64,000 bases of DNA from the sequence record PQ451753.1; one strand, given 5' to 3'. Under the pieces are notes generated by a model. The model was not told the DNA's origin and ran no database searches. It saw nothing but the letters and a program-made list of their open reading frames with translations. Below are positions 37,668 through 46,485 of this stretch, in pieces. The position numbers were made by a program, and so were the translations under genes. Numbering within the stretch: the first letter of the stretch is position 1; each line of letters begins with the position of its first letter.

Positions 37668-37899
37668 GCTTGCGCGTGAAGCACTTAAGCATGGCGGCGT
37701 GGTCTATTGTAACGATACAAAAGAAAACAACCGTGTAGTTATGCTAAAAGAAGAAACAACGATATGGACACCTGAAGAGGGCGACGAACCTGCGTTTAAC
37801 TTTACGCTGTATCAGAAGCCCTTCAAGCTGACTGTTAGAGCGCGAGATATCGGTCGCTTTACGTATCGTGAAAATGTTCACTATAGTGGGCCTAGTTAA
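37642..37899 (+). CDS. Hypothetical protein
   Basis: 85 aa. Confidence 0.5.
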   Translation: MSNPVLSVELAREALKHGGVVYCNDTKENNRVVMLKEETTIWTPEEGDEPAFNFTLYQKPFKLTVRARDIGRFTYRENVHYSGPS

Positions 37900-37912
37900 T
37901 ACTGCACGGATT

Positions 37913-37941
37913 GGAGAGCTTCGGCTCTCCTCTCTTTTTTA
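37913..37941 (+). terminator. Intrinsic terminator (cUUCGg)
   Basis: GGAGAGC-TTCG-GCTCTCC plus T tract. Confidence 0.8.
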
Positions 37942-37967
37942 TTTGCCTACAGTTAAATAAAATTAAA

Positions 37968-37978
37968 ATATATATCAT
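37968..37978 (+). promoter_or_regulatory. Early promoter core (copy 6)
   Basis: ATATATATCAT-ATAAGTGA. Confidence 0.75.
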
Positions 37979-38038
37979 ATAAGTGAAATCGCGTGCACAC
38001 ACGCAACAGATTTAATCACTTAATTGGGAGATAATAAA

Positions 38039-38749
38039 ATGAAATACATTAACTTAAGCGGCTACCCTTTACGTAACGAAGACGGTATTGTTATTCCAGT
38101 AACTGGACACGCAAAGGTTCGTGAGGTAGAAATCAACGGCGATGTCGAGTTAACCTACGAGGGACATGTTGCGCCAGAAGAAGGTACTATCGTCATTCTA
38201 CCACCTGAGGCCGATGAGTACAGTGCTACACCACCTAACGCACACGCGCTGCCTGACGAAATGACATGGGATGCGAAAGGCCGTGTGTTTGACTGCGTAC
38301 TTGATGTCTATCTTGATTATGAAACCTCAGAAGAAGAACTGGATAGAATGGAAGAAGCGTTGGATAATACGATTGCAAATGCACCACAGTTCCAAATATG
38401 GCCAGAGTTAAAAACTGTATACGGTGGATTCCCAACTATTAATTGTGGGGTAGAAAAAGATACGGACTTTGCCAGTCGTGTAATGGATGACTGTATACGT
38501 GATATCGGTACGGCCTACCGTCGTGCAGATGATCGCTTAGAAGAACTATCCTACATCTACGGTAAGTCTTTCACAGATTACGCGCATGTTCGTGATGCGT
38601 TCAAAACGAATCTATCAACAGAGAAGTTAGTTAATGCTGTTGTTGATTCAACATACGTCGATAAATTCTTTTACAATTTCTTTGGCATCAGTGGTCGTAT
38701 GCCACAGCCTAAGAACAAATTCCAAGCAAAAGTTAATAAGGAACAATAA
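38039..38749 (+). CDS. Hypothetical early protein
   Basis: GGGAG RBS, start MKYINL. Confidence 0.6.
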   Translation: MKYINLSGYPLRNEDGIVIPVTGHAKVREVEINGDVELTYEGHVAPEEGTIVILPPEADEYSATPPNAHALPDEMTWDAKGRVFDCVLDVYLDYETSEEELDRMEEALDNTIANAPQFQIWPELKTVYGGFPTINCGVEKDTDFASRVMDDCIRDIGTAYRRADDRLEELSYIYGKSFTDYAHVRDAFKTNLSTEKLVNAVVDSTYVDKFFYNFFGISGRMPQPKNKFQAKVNKEQ

Positions 38750-39159
38750 TGGATCAGTACGAATTACCTAACGCAAGCGACTTTGAAGTATTTGGTCATA
38801 ACGTCGAGGGTGGTCGTTTTGACATCTTTAAAATTGTAGACATCGACCGTAAGGCGTGTTACCTATTTAAGGGCTCGTCAACAACGGACTACGCTAATCG
38901 CTGTGATAATCACTACCTACAAGAAATCTCATTGACTATTACGGACGATGAATTCTTAACTGCAAAGACGCGTATGCGTTATGCATTACCACCTACGTTA
39001 ACCACACCACATCCGTTTGTAGATTGTGACAACTTCTACGTACGAAACATTCTCGCTACATTACTTATGGCGGCTAAGAATGATGATGATGGATTAGATA
39101 ACCTCTTAGAGCCGGAACGTAAACCGTTGTCAGACCTAGGGCTAGATTTAGATATTTAA
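38749..39159 (+). CDS. Hypothetical protein
   Basis: 136 aa. Confidence 0.55.
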   Translation: MDQYELPNASDFEVFGHNVEGGRFDIFKIVDIDRKACYLFKGSSTTDYANRCDNHYLQEISLTITDDEFLTAKTRMRYALPPTLTTPHPFVDCDNFYVRNILATLLMAAKNDDDGLDNLLEPERKPLSDLGLDLDI

Positions 39160-39183
39160 TCTATTCTATGTCTAATCAAACCA

Positions 39184-39573
39184 ATGCCAGCGGAGGCTCC
39201 TATGTATCAGTACTATTTATATCTAGTAATCGGTTTTATCGTTGTTGTAGGCTATTTATGTGTAGCAACACCGACAGTAGAATGGTTACGTCTACACTTA
39301 CATCGTCAGAAACAAGACGTGTTAGTAAATGAGGGAGAAGCGTTAGATCTAATCGAACGTTTCGGTTATACACTTCACGAGAAGATGACGCCCTCACCGT
39401 TTAGCACAAACCCAACTCCTGTGTTAACGGTATATACTGATTCATTAGGCAGAACTGTATTGCACAAAGTCCGTTGGATGGAGGTGCATTACTACTACGT
39501 TAACCAACACTGGCTTACTATGTTAGATAAAGTATGGCCAGTAGGTGACGAGGAGCCTACCAACGAAACGTAA
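39184..39573 (+). CDS. Membrane-anchored hypothetical protein
   Basis: N-terminal TM helix YLYLVIGFIVVVGYLCV. Confidence 0.55.
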   Translation: MPAEAPMYQYYLYLVIGFIVVVGYLCVATPTVEWLRLHLHRQKQDVLVNEGEALDLIERFGYTLHEKMTPSPFSTNPTPVLTVYTDSLGRTVLHKVRWMEVHYYYVNQHWLTMLDKVWPVGDEEPTNET

Positions 39574-39583
39574 GGAGGTTGCT

Positions 39584-39928
39584 ATGGCAATCCGAACTAT
39601 CGCGCAAGGCTTACTGAATGACATCCAAGAAGTTTCTTTTGAAGATGGAGTTCAAGTCATTACCGTACGATTTGATAACGGTATTGATGTAAGTCAAACA
39701 TGGAAATGGTCTACTCTAGTGGATGCGGACGGGAACGAAACCTGTGCGCATGATGTGATGTGGAAATACATCTCAGCATTAGGGCCAGACGCTTGTTTTG
39801 AAATGTTAGGTAAGATGGCTAAGCTTGTCGATGGCGCATCGGTTACCCCATTTGATGGAGCCGCATTTGACACCAATGGTGGTACGATGGCTGAAGACCT
39901 TCCGGTTAAACATCCTGAAGAAGTATAA
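39584..39928 (+). CDS. Stand-alone paralogue of the N-terminal domain of the Nudix protein at 51282
   Basis: AGGAGG RBS; FEDGVQ, DADGN, GPDACF..L.K...LVDG align to Nudix N-terminus. Confidence 0.7.
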   Translation: MAIRTIAQGLLNDIQEVSFEDGVQVITVRFDNGIDVSQTWKWSTLVDADGNETCAHDVMWKYISALGPDACFEMLGKMAKLVDGASVTPFDGAAFDTNGGTMAEDLPVKHPEEV

Positions 39929-39966
39929 TAGAAGAGAGGGCTTCGGCTCTCTCTCTTCTTTTTTTG
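39929..39966 (+). terminator. Intrinsic terminator (cUUCGg)
   Basis: AGAAGAGAGGGC-TTCG-GCTCTCTCTCTTCT plus T tract. Confidence 0.8.
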
Positions 39967-40085
39967 TTGTGAGAAATAAAAAGAAGACAACCATCCCCAT
40001 GAAACGGAGGATCGTTAATAAGCACAAGGGTTCAGAGTCCATAATATGGGTATATTTATAAGCATGCCTATAAAGGATTCAACAC

Positions 40086-40907
40086 ATGGCCATTACTACA
40101 AACTTTAATCAGACGCCAGAAGAATTAATTCTGGAGTTGTTTAATGCTGATAATGGTACCGCGTTTACGTCACAAGAGTTAGACATCCTAGACGGTCATA
40201 AAGACTTACTAGGTGGTCGCCGTAGTGTTACTGCTAAAATTTTAGACCTAAGTTTGGTCGACGCAGATATCCCTTACGCAACTTTAACTTTTCAACCAAT
40301 CGTGATACCAGAGCAGTTCTCACAAATCGAATTAGAGATTCGTGAGATAGACTGTTTCGATGAGAACCATGTTGTTCAGTATGACAAGATTATGGCTGAG
40401 ATAACCCGACGCTATAAAATCTTAGTTGATGATGTTAACTTTGGGATTAGACAAGACGGTGGTGTCTATTACTTTTATGCCACTGAGGCTAACCGTGCCT
40501 ATACTGGTGAAGTCCCAATCGCGTTAACGTTATCGTTCTGGACACGTGTACCGAATCGAGAACTAAGAGGGTTCTATGCTAAAGAACCACTGGAATGGGC
40601 AATCGAAGACCAATCTGTGTCTGCTTTCGAAATGCCTGAAGACGGATTAGATGTTCAACGAGTTACATGGCATCAAAACTTCACAGAGATTCGTAACCTG
40701 TTAGAGGTTAAGGATGGACGTTTAGTTTACCCTGACCAATTGAACGCTTACCTAGAGCAATACGGTATCCCACCTATTCCGGCAGATGCGCCAGTGGTAA
40801 ACCGCATTGTCCGTAATCCAGACGAGAATAGTAAATATTCTCACATCCTTAAAACCACGGGACTCTCGAACAAAGAGACCCATTACCTACATTATTACGG
40901 AGCATAA
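40086..40907 (+). CDS. Tail-fibre-like paralogue (N-domain plus C-module)
   Basis: LFNADNG, RAYTG, ELRGF, QNFT. Confidence 0.6.
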   Translation: MAITTNFNQTPEELILELFNADNGTAFTSQELDILDGHKDLLGGRRSVTAKILDLSLVDADIPYATLTFQPIVIPEQFSQIELEIREIDCFDENHVVQYDKIMAEITRRYKILVDDVNFGIRQDGGVYYFYATEANRAYTGEVPIALTLSFWTRVPNRELRGFYAKEPLEWAIEDQSVSAFEMPEDGLDVQRVTWHQNFTEIRNLLEVKDGRLVYPDQLNAYLEQYGIPPIPADAPVVNRIVRNPDENSKYSHILKTTGLSNKETHYLHYYGA

Positions 40908-40910
40908 TGC

Positions 40911-41777
40911 ATGAATGCTGTACTTTTCTATCAGCCGCAGATGATCATTGATGCGGTAAACGCGGCGAACGGACTATCGCTAAAGAACACTGACGTAATG
41001 TTGTCAGTATCCACTAACCAAGACAACAGCTGGTTGGTTGAGCAAGGTCATGGTAATACGGTAGTACGTGTTGTTGCGACTAAAGAAGGTGACTTCGAAG
41101 GTGAAACCCTGATTGCTTATGACCGTGTTGACTTAAACATGATTAAGAACATGGTAGGTGGCTTCCTAGGTATTCCACAATCTGTGACTACTGTTCACCA
41201 AGCGCTGCCATACTTCTCATCTCGCTACGGTATTGTCTTCCACGCAGAAGACATCGAAGACGGTCCGGTTGTATGGACTGAAGGTGTTGGTGCTCAGTTC
41301 CAACTGAAAGCTGCATCAACGTCTTTGATTTACCATGGTGAAGTAACGTTCATCTCAACTATTCTACCAGAAGAGTTGGCGAACATCATCGTAGATACAG
41401 ACCTTCCTGAGTACCCAGTATTCACACACGCGTCTGACAAGTACTACGGTGAAGCGTTAGTTTACGGTGTTAACTTCTCTAACGAACAAGAGCAGTTGTC
41501 AGCTATGACAGTTGAGAACTACGACCCTGCGGCACTTCAATTAATCTTGAATGCTAACACGTCTATCTCTTGGACGATTGAAGATAACCCAGACGCAGTT
41601 GGCTGTCTATTCAATTCACAAATCACGTACAACGGTTTGAACACAGGTGTTGAAATTGCTAACACAAGCTTCAAGTACCTAATGGTTGTTGAATTGCGTA
41701 ACGATTCGAATGTTGTTGAAGGTTCACTATTGATCCACTACAACGATTACTCGAACGAAGACTCACTTCCACTTTAA
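40911..41777 (+). CDS. Tail-fibre-like paralogue (N-domain plus C-module)
   Basis: VNAANG, GNTVV, YDRVDL, LIYHG; C-module YGVNFS...YNGLN...LLIHYN. Confidence 0.65.
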   Translation: MNAVLFYQPQMIIDAVNAANGLSLKNTDVMLSVSTNQDNSWLVEQGHGNTVVRVVATKEGDFEGETLIAYDRVDLNMIKNMVGGFLGIPQSVTTVHQALPYFSSRYGIVFHAEDIEDGPVVWTEGVGAQFQLKAASTSLIYHGEVTFISTILPEELANIIVDTDLPEYPVFTHASDKYYGEALVYGVNFSNEQEQLSAMTVENYDPAALQLILNANTSISWTIEDNPDAVGCLFNSQITYNGLNTGVEIANTSFKYLMVVELRNDSNVVEGSLLIHYNDYSNEDSLPL

Positions 41778-41801
41778 TTCTGAGCAGTACAAGGTAGAGA
41801 T

Positions 41802-42122
41802 ATGTTAGTACAAGAAACACACCTAAACTACATTCAAAATGTTGACTTCATGGAGGTTCGTCCTATAATGGTTGACATTGCCGAAGGCAAGCGTCCTGTA
41901 GAAGACCTTGTTGATTTCCTTTCACGTGTGACTTCTGACCAATGGTCATCTGAAGCAGGTGAAGTGAGCCTTAAGGGCGCTGAGCTAGTATACTTCGGTA
42001 TGAACAAGCGTTCTTTCCCAACTATGCCAACTTTCAATGAAGTTATGATCATCAAACTTTCTGATGAAAACACCATTAAGTTCGCAGGTAAGAAACTTTA
42101 CTTGATGGTAGGCCGCAAGTAA
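41802..42122 (+). CDS. Stand-alone C-terminal module of tail-fibre-like family
   Basis: NVDF...W...LVYFGMN...MIIKL...G..LY aligns with C-terminus of 40911. Confidence 0.55.
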   Translation: MLVQETHLNYIQNVDFMEVRPIMVDIAEGKRPVEDLVDFLSRVTSDQWSSEAGEVSLKGAELVYFGMNKRSFPTMPTFNEVMIIKLSDENTIKFAGKKLYLMVGRK

Positions 42123-42141
42123 TTCATCGTCAGGAGGTATT

Positions 42142-43122
42142 ATGATTCTATTCAAATCACCAAATCCACTTGACGACATCGCTACCATTATCCGCAACGC
42201 AAACCCGGAGACAGCTTCGGGTATCAACGGTAACAACATTGCCATTGATAACGTAAAAGCCATCAATCCTGAAGAGAACGATGGTTATAACACTGAATGT
42301 GAAGTGCGAATGGTGGGTATCGATACGGCAGTTGGTCTGATGCGTGTACGTTTTAATCGTATCACGTTATCTGAAATCATGCCTGAGTCATCTGGTACAA
42401 AAGTACGTGTTGAGATTCCAACGAAGCTGAATAAGTACATGGCGTACCCTGACTTCGCTGACCGCATGAGTAAGGCATTTGGCACCATGCTACAGGTTGA
42501 AGGTATTTACAAAGACTTTACTAACACCAACTCGGTTGCAGTAAGTAAAGGTAAAACCGCAGCAGCAAGTATTGCAGTTAACCCTGAATCGCTACGTTAC
42601 ACACCAGAGACATTCTCTTTTGAAGTGTTCGGTCTGGGTATCGCATTAAGCATTGTAGTGACTACACCGGGTTGTGTGCCGTTCCGCGATAAGAACGACA
42701 ATCCTAAGTATGAGCATGCTTACTGGGATGACATTCCATATATTGATGCTGAAGCTAAGCGATCTGCTATCATGTCACTTGGCGCGTTAGATTTCACGTC
42801 AGTATGGGGTACCGACCCAACCAACGTAATCGTCGCAGGTGATAGCGAAGCGGGTGAGCGTACTTGGAAGTTTACACCGGATGCATTTGAGAAGATTAAC
42901 TTAATCTTGTCAACCAACGGACTTCCACCACTGCCACGTCCAGACTTCTCAAGTTGGGGTCGTAACGGTACAAATGCTGCGCAAACACCAAACTGGGATG
43001 TGACTAACTATCACGTCTATATCAGTTACAATTACTTGGATTACGATTACAAAGAGATTGCTAACCTCCACCCGGAGCATGCATTCCATCGTGACAATCT
43101 AATCCTACCATACCGTACTTAA
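42142..43122 (+). CDS. Tail-fibre-like paralogue, variable tip
   Basis: YNT, RFNRITL, SLRYTP, DFTSVWG, GLPPLP; close paralogue of 43134. Confidence 0.65.
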   Translation: MILFKSPNPLDDIATIIRNANPETASGINGNNIAIDNVKAINPEENDGYNTECEVRMVGIDTAVGLMRVRFNRITLSEIMPESSGTKVRVEIPTKLNKYMAYPDFADRMSKAFGTMLQVEGIYKDFTNTNSVAVSKGKTAAASIAVNPESLRYTPETFSFEVFGLGIALSIVVTTPGCVPFRDKNDNPKYEHAYWDDIPYIDAEAKRSAIMSLGALDFTSVWGTDPTNVIVAGDSEAGERTWKFTPDAFEKINLILSTNGLPPLPRPDFSSWGRNGTNAAQTPNWDVTNYHVYISYNYLDYDYKEIANLHPEHAFHRDNLILPYRT

Positions 43123-43133
43123 GGAGGTTCGCT

Positions 43134-44150
43134 ATGTTGTTCTTTAAAAATGCGGACCCTCTAGAGGAGATCGCAGGTATTATCCGTGACGCTAACCCTG
43201 TGCTAGCTGACAGAATCAATAAAGACAATGTCATTATTGATAAAATTGAAGTGATTAAGCCAGAAGATAATGACGGTTTTAACACACAAGGTATGGTTCG
43301 TCTGTTGGGTGATCTTAACGACGTTGTTGGTGTGGTTACCATCCGTTGGAATCGATTAAACCTACGTAACATGATTCCTTGGAACATGCTGCATGTAGAA
43401 GCACCTTCAGAAAAAGGTTATGTTCGTTTGAACAACCTTGAGAATGTGTTCTCTAAAGGTTTGGGTACTAAGATGGAATCAAGTGGTCGTTACAAAGACT
43501 ACAACTATCCTAGTGCGCGCGCGCAAGCAAAAGGTTCTACGTTAGAGTACCGTGTACGTCCATTAGCTGAATCACTGCGTTACACTCCGGATGAGTTCTC
43601 ATTTAAGATTTACTGTCTGGGTAGTGCGTTAGACTTTGCAATCACGGATGTGGCCTGTCTACCATTTTACCAAGATGATGGTCGTCTGAAAATCACTCAC
43701 CCACAAAAAGGTTACTGGGACCCGACACCACGCATGCCTGGCGACACGTGGAAAGATGCAGCAGTTACTTTAGGTAACATCGACTTTACGTCGGTATGGG
43801 GTGAAGACCCTAGAACTGTTATCATTGAACACGGTGAGGAAGGTAAACCACGTTACAAGTTTGAAGCAGTAGCATTTACTAAGATGAATGCTTTGTTAGC
43901 AGCTTACGGTCTACCGCCGTTACCTAACCCGTACTTTGATGGTTATGATTACCGTTATGCGCATTGGCGTGACCGCGGTTACCGCTACTTCGCCACACCA
44001 CGCCCTGATGTGTTAACACACTCATTACGTATTCAACGTAGTAAAGTTGACTGGGATTACGAAACAATCTCTGGATTAGTGTATCCATACGCTCACGGTT
44101 ACTGGGCATACACCGAAGAGAACTGGTACTTCTGTTACTCAATCAAATAA
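43134..44150 (+). CDS. Tail-fibre-like paralogue, variable tip
   Basis: FNT, RWNRLNL, SLRYTP, DFTSVWG, GLPPLP; aromatic-rich C-terminus. Confidence 0.65.
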   Translation: MLFFKNADPLEEIAGIIRDANPVLADRINKDNVIIDKIEVIKPEDNDGFNTQGMVRLLGDLNDVVGVVTIRWNRLNLRNMIPWNMLHVEAPSEKGYVRLNNLENVFSKGLGTKMESSGRYKDYNYPSARAQAKGSTLEYRVRPLAESLRYTPDEFSFKIYCLGSALDFAITDVACLPFYQDDGRLKITHPQKGYWDPTPRMPGDTWKDAAVTLGNIDFTSVWGEDPRTVIIEHGEEGKPRYKFEAVAFTKMNALLAAYGLPPLPNPYFDGYDYRYAHWRDRGYRYFATPRPDVLTHSLRIQRSKVDWDYETISGLVYPYAHGYWAYTEENWYFCYSIK

Positions 44151-44159
44151 ACATAATTA

Positions 44160-44189
44160 AGAGAGAGGGCTTCGGCTCTCTCTCTTTTA
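44160..44189 (+). terminator. Intrinsic terminator (cUUCGg)
   Basis: GAGAGAGGGC-TTCG-GCTCTCTCTC plus TTTT. Confidence 0.8.
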
Positions 44190-44215
44190 TGTCTCACCGT
44201 ACTGTATTTAAATAT

Positions 44216-44362
44216 GCGAGTCACTATTATATAGTACACCAACCGTTTGCTGATAATGTTTAGACGGCTTATCAGCGTTTTAGTGACGTAGCAGAGATAA
44301 AAAGGTCGCTCTCGTATTCTACTGCCAGACAACGAGGGACTCTGTTGCGTCACATCTTTTTT
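44216..44362 (+). promoter_or_regulatory. Structured 5' leader with mutually exclusive stems (candidate attenuator)
   Basis: 44283-44296/44340-44353 14-bp stem plus U tract; alternative 44220-44226/44281-44287; hairpin 44249-44275. Confidence 0.45.
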
Positions 44363-44383
44363 CTATTTGTTAAGGAAAAGACA

Positions 44384-44653
44384 ATGGACAAACAAACACT
44401 AGCAAACTGGCTTACTGGACCAATTACAAACAAAGAACTAAATACACTTGTTCTGGAGATGGGAATGAAGATGCGTCAGCCAGAAACATGTAGCGCGTTG
44501 GACACACTCCGTGAATTAGAGTTCCGTAAACACGACCATGATGGCGATACTGCATTACCAATGTCATACACTCGTAAAGACGGTACTATCCAAGATAATG
44601 AAGTTGCCTTCATGTATCCTAACCGTATGGAATTAGTTTCAATCCGCAATTAA
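44384..44653 (+). CDS. Small hypothetical protein (89 aa)
   Basis: AAGGA RBS, start MDKQT, high-expression codons. Confidence 0.65.
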   Translation: MDKQTLANWLTGPITNKELNTLVLEMGMKMRQPETCSALDTLRELEFRKHDHDGDTALPMSYTRKDGTIQDNEVAFMYPNRMELVSIRN

Positions 44654-44657
44654 TAAT

Positions 44658-44810
44658 TATCTAGCTCAGGGTTACGTCGGGCCTACGTTTATTGATTACT
44701 ATCTACGTGCTACATGGGAATCTTGTGAGTAGAGGCTTACTAGATTCTTCGGCATTGGCCATGTGGAAGAGTATAACAATAACTGCCCCAGATGCCTCGA
44801 CTGGCTAGGT
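44658..44810 (+). ncRNA. Candidate structured RNA / structured 3' UTR
   Basis: ORF-free; closing stem 44658-44669/44800-44810, nested stems 44712-44764. Confidence 0.4.
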
Positions 44811-44826
44811 AGATCCATACGCAACT

Positions 44827-44855
44827 TAGGGAGCTTCGGCTCCCTCTTTTTTTTT
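44827..44855 (+). terminator. Intrinsic terminator (cUUCGg)
   Basis: AGGGAGC-TTCG-GCTCCCT plus T10. Confidence 0.85.
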
Positions 44856-44916
44856 GTGCCTTAAAAAATACTGATATAGTTATGTTTTGTATTATTAACA
44901 AACTGGAGATAGAACA

Positions 44917-45378
44917 ATGAGTTTACTACGTAAAGGAATCGTACTTGCACTGAAGCAGAAGATGGTGAAGTTACGTGCCAACCCGTCTAATTTAATCATG
45001 CTTTGTGTTCAAGAGAAGCTTGCAAATGAAGGGTATCTTGCAACGGCACACAGTGGTCTACTTGCAGTGGTGGTATCGGGCGATGATAAACCTGTATTGA
45101 ATGTCTTCGAACTGAAAGATTTCCCTGCACTAAATCATGAACTGTTCAGCCTGACTACAGAAGTGCGTAAGTATGCAGGACGTGGTGGTCAGAACTGGAG
45201 TGAGTATGGTGCTCGTGAAAAGACAATCGTTGATGTCCCTAACTACATCCCTACTCGTGATGAAGTGACTAAGTTTGGTTATAAGCATCTGACCAACGAA
45301 GGTAATGCTGAAGGGAAGAAGTACAACAACGAAAGCGTAGTGCAAGCTGTTTACGATAAAGTCATCGCCGCACTATAA
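44917..45378 (+). CDS. Hypothetical protein
   Basis: 153 aa, GGAG RBS. Confidence 0.6.
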   Translation: MSLLRKGIVLALKQKMVKLRANPSNLIMLCVQEKLANEGYLATAHSGLLAVVVSGDDKPVLNVFELKDFPALNHELFSLTTEVRKYAGRGGQNWSEYGAREKTIVDVPNYIPTRDEVTKFGYKHLTNEGNAEGKKYNNESVVQAVYDKVIAAL

Positions 45379-45397
45379 TAATGTCTGGGAGGTAGCC

Positions 45398-45901
45398 ATG
45401 GATAGTATTCCAGATGGAATGCATGCGCCACTACTTATCTTGGTATTGATATCACTGGTACTTCTTAACACTGCTGTTGCTCATATGTGGAGGAAAGCAC
45501 GAAATGCTTATCATGAGTACGTGTTGTGGAAGTGTCAGAATGAAATCTTACGCGATAAGTTAGAGAACAAACGTCTACGTAGAATGTTCTATCAGCGTCG
45601 GCTAATGTACGGACGTGCATATGGTACTAAATGTTCTATTGACCCTGAACATCTAGTTGAAGGTCAAATCGTTTATACGTATCGTACAGACCGTCCTTTT
45701 TACGTTACATCCTTAGGTGGACGTTACGGGTTAAACTGTTCAGCGTCGATGGTATGTTATCGTAACCTATTCGACACAGACGATGCTGAAGCAGAGACGT
45801 TGTGGCATCTAGAAGAGTCGATATTCCTGAAACAGTTTTATACTTACGGTGAGAATATCAATGAGTACAACGAACAACAAATCAGATCACTGGCCAACTA
45901 A
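45398..45901 (+). CDS. Membrane-anchored protein with DUF1653-like SH3-type domain
   Basis: N-terminal TM; G..Y.V......MVCYRNL....LW..E..FL..F pattern. Confidence 0.5.
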   Translation: MDSIPDGMHAPLLILVLISLVLLNTAVAHMWRKARNAYHEYVLWKCQNEILRDKLENKRLRRMFYQRRLMYGRAYGTKCSIDPEHLVEGQIVYTYRTDRPFYVTSLGGRYGLNCSASMVCYRNLFDTDDAEAETLWHLEESIFLKQFYTYGENINEYNEQQIRSLAN

Positions 45902-46460
45902 TCCTACATGGCATCCAGACTTTGCACCTTCATACACGCCTAAGGAAATGATTAACTTAGGTATCTTTGAAGGGATTTACACTCATGCAATAGATGGGAT
46001 TCCTAAGGATTGGTTAGACAGCCCTAAAGTGTTACAACGCGGTGGTGTTCCTGACCCATCGTTAAATCAATACGGCGTGAAATCTCGTCAGTCGCTTAAA
46101 GAGTGGGAAGATAAAGGATGGACTACGGAGCATTCTCCATTAGGTTGGTGGCAATGGTTCTGTCTCTACTTCCTTGGTCGACGCATTCCCGGTGAGGATG
46201 AGAAACAAATAGAACGTTGGCGCGGGTTCATTGCAAGACATCAGGCGCAAGTAACTAAAGCTTGTCGTTTAGATGACCCTGAATGTCACCCTAGACAACG
46301 TCAAGGACTTTTGCAGTGGGGTTGGGACTCTACTACTAAGTTTACGCCTAAGCAGCGTGACGATAATCTCAAACGCGTTGCTAAGGCAGCTGGTTGTCAA
46401 ATCGGCGAGGCTCCGGCAGTGGAGCATTTTGTAGGTAAGCCTAAGTCTTTAGGTTGGTAA
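45849..46460 (+). CDS. Trp-rich conserved uncharacterised protein
   Basis: TPKEM..LGIFEG, YGVKS.QSL.EW, GWWQWFC.Y..GRR, RQRQGLLQW. Confidence 0.6.
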   Translation: MRISMSTTNNKSDHWPTNPTWHPDFAPSYTPKEMINLGIFEGIYTHAIDGIPKDWLDSPKVLQRGGVPDPSLNQYGVKSRQSLKEWEDKGWTTEHSPLGWWQWFCLYFLGRRIPGEDEKQIERWRGFIARHQAQVTKACRLDDPECHPRQRQGLLQWGWDSTTKFTPKQRDDNLKRVAKAAGCQIGEAPAVEHFVGKPKSLGW

Positions 46461-46485
46461 GTAAATAAGAAAGAGTAAATAAAGA

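Noticed and set aside
42142-44150. Diversity-generating retroelement acting on fibre tips
   Set aside because: No reverse transcriptase in the window and no template/variable repeat pair differing only at adenines; divergence is spread and protein-level
44658-44810. tRNA, or hammerhead/pistol ribozyme
   Set aside because: No GTTCRA T-loop or cloverleaf; no CTGATGA...GAAA core; only a loose GGGC/GCCC resemblance to pistol
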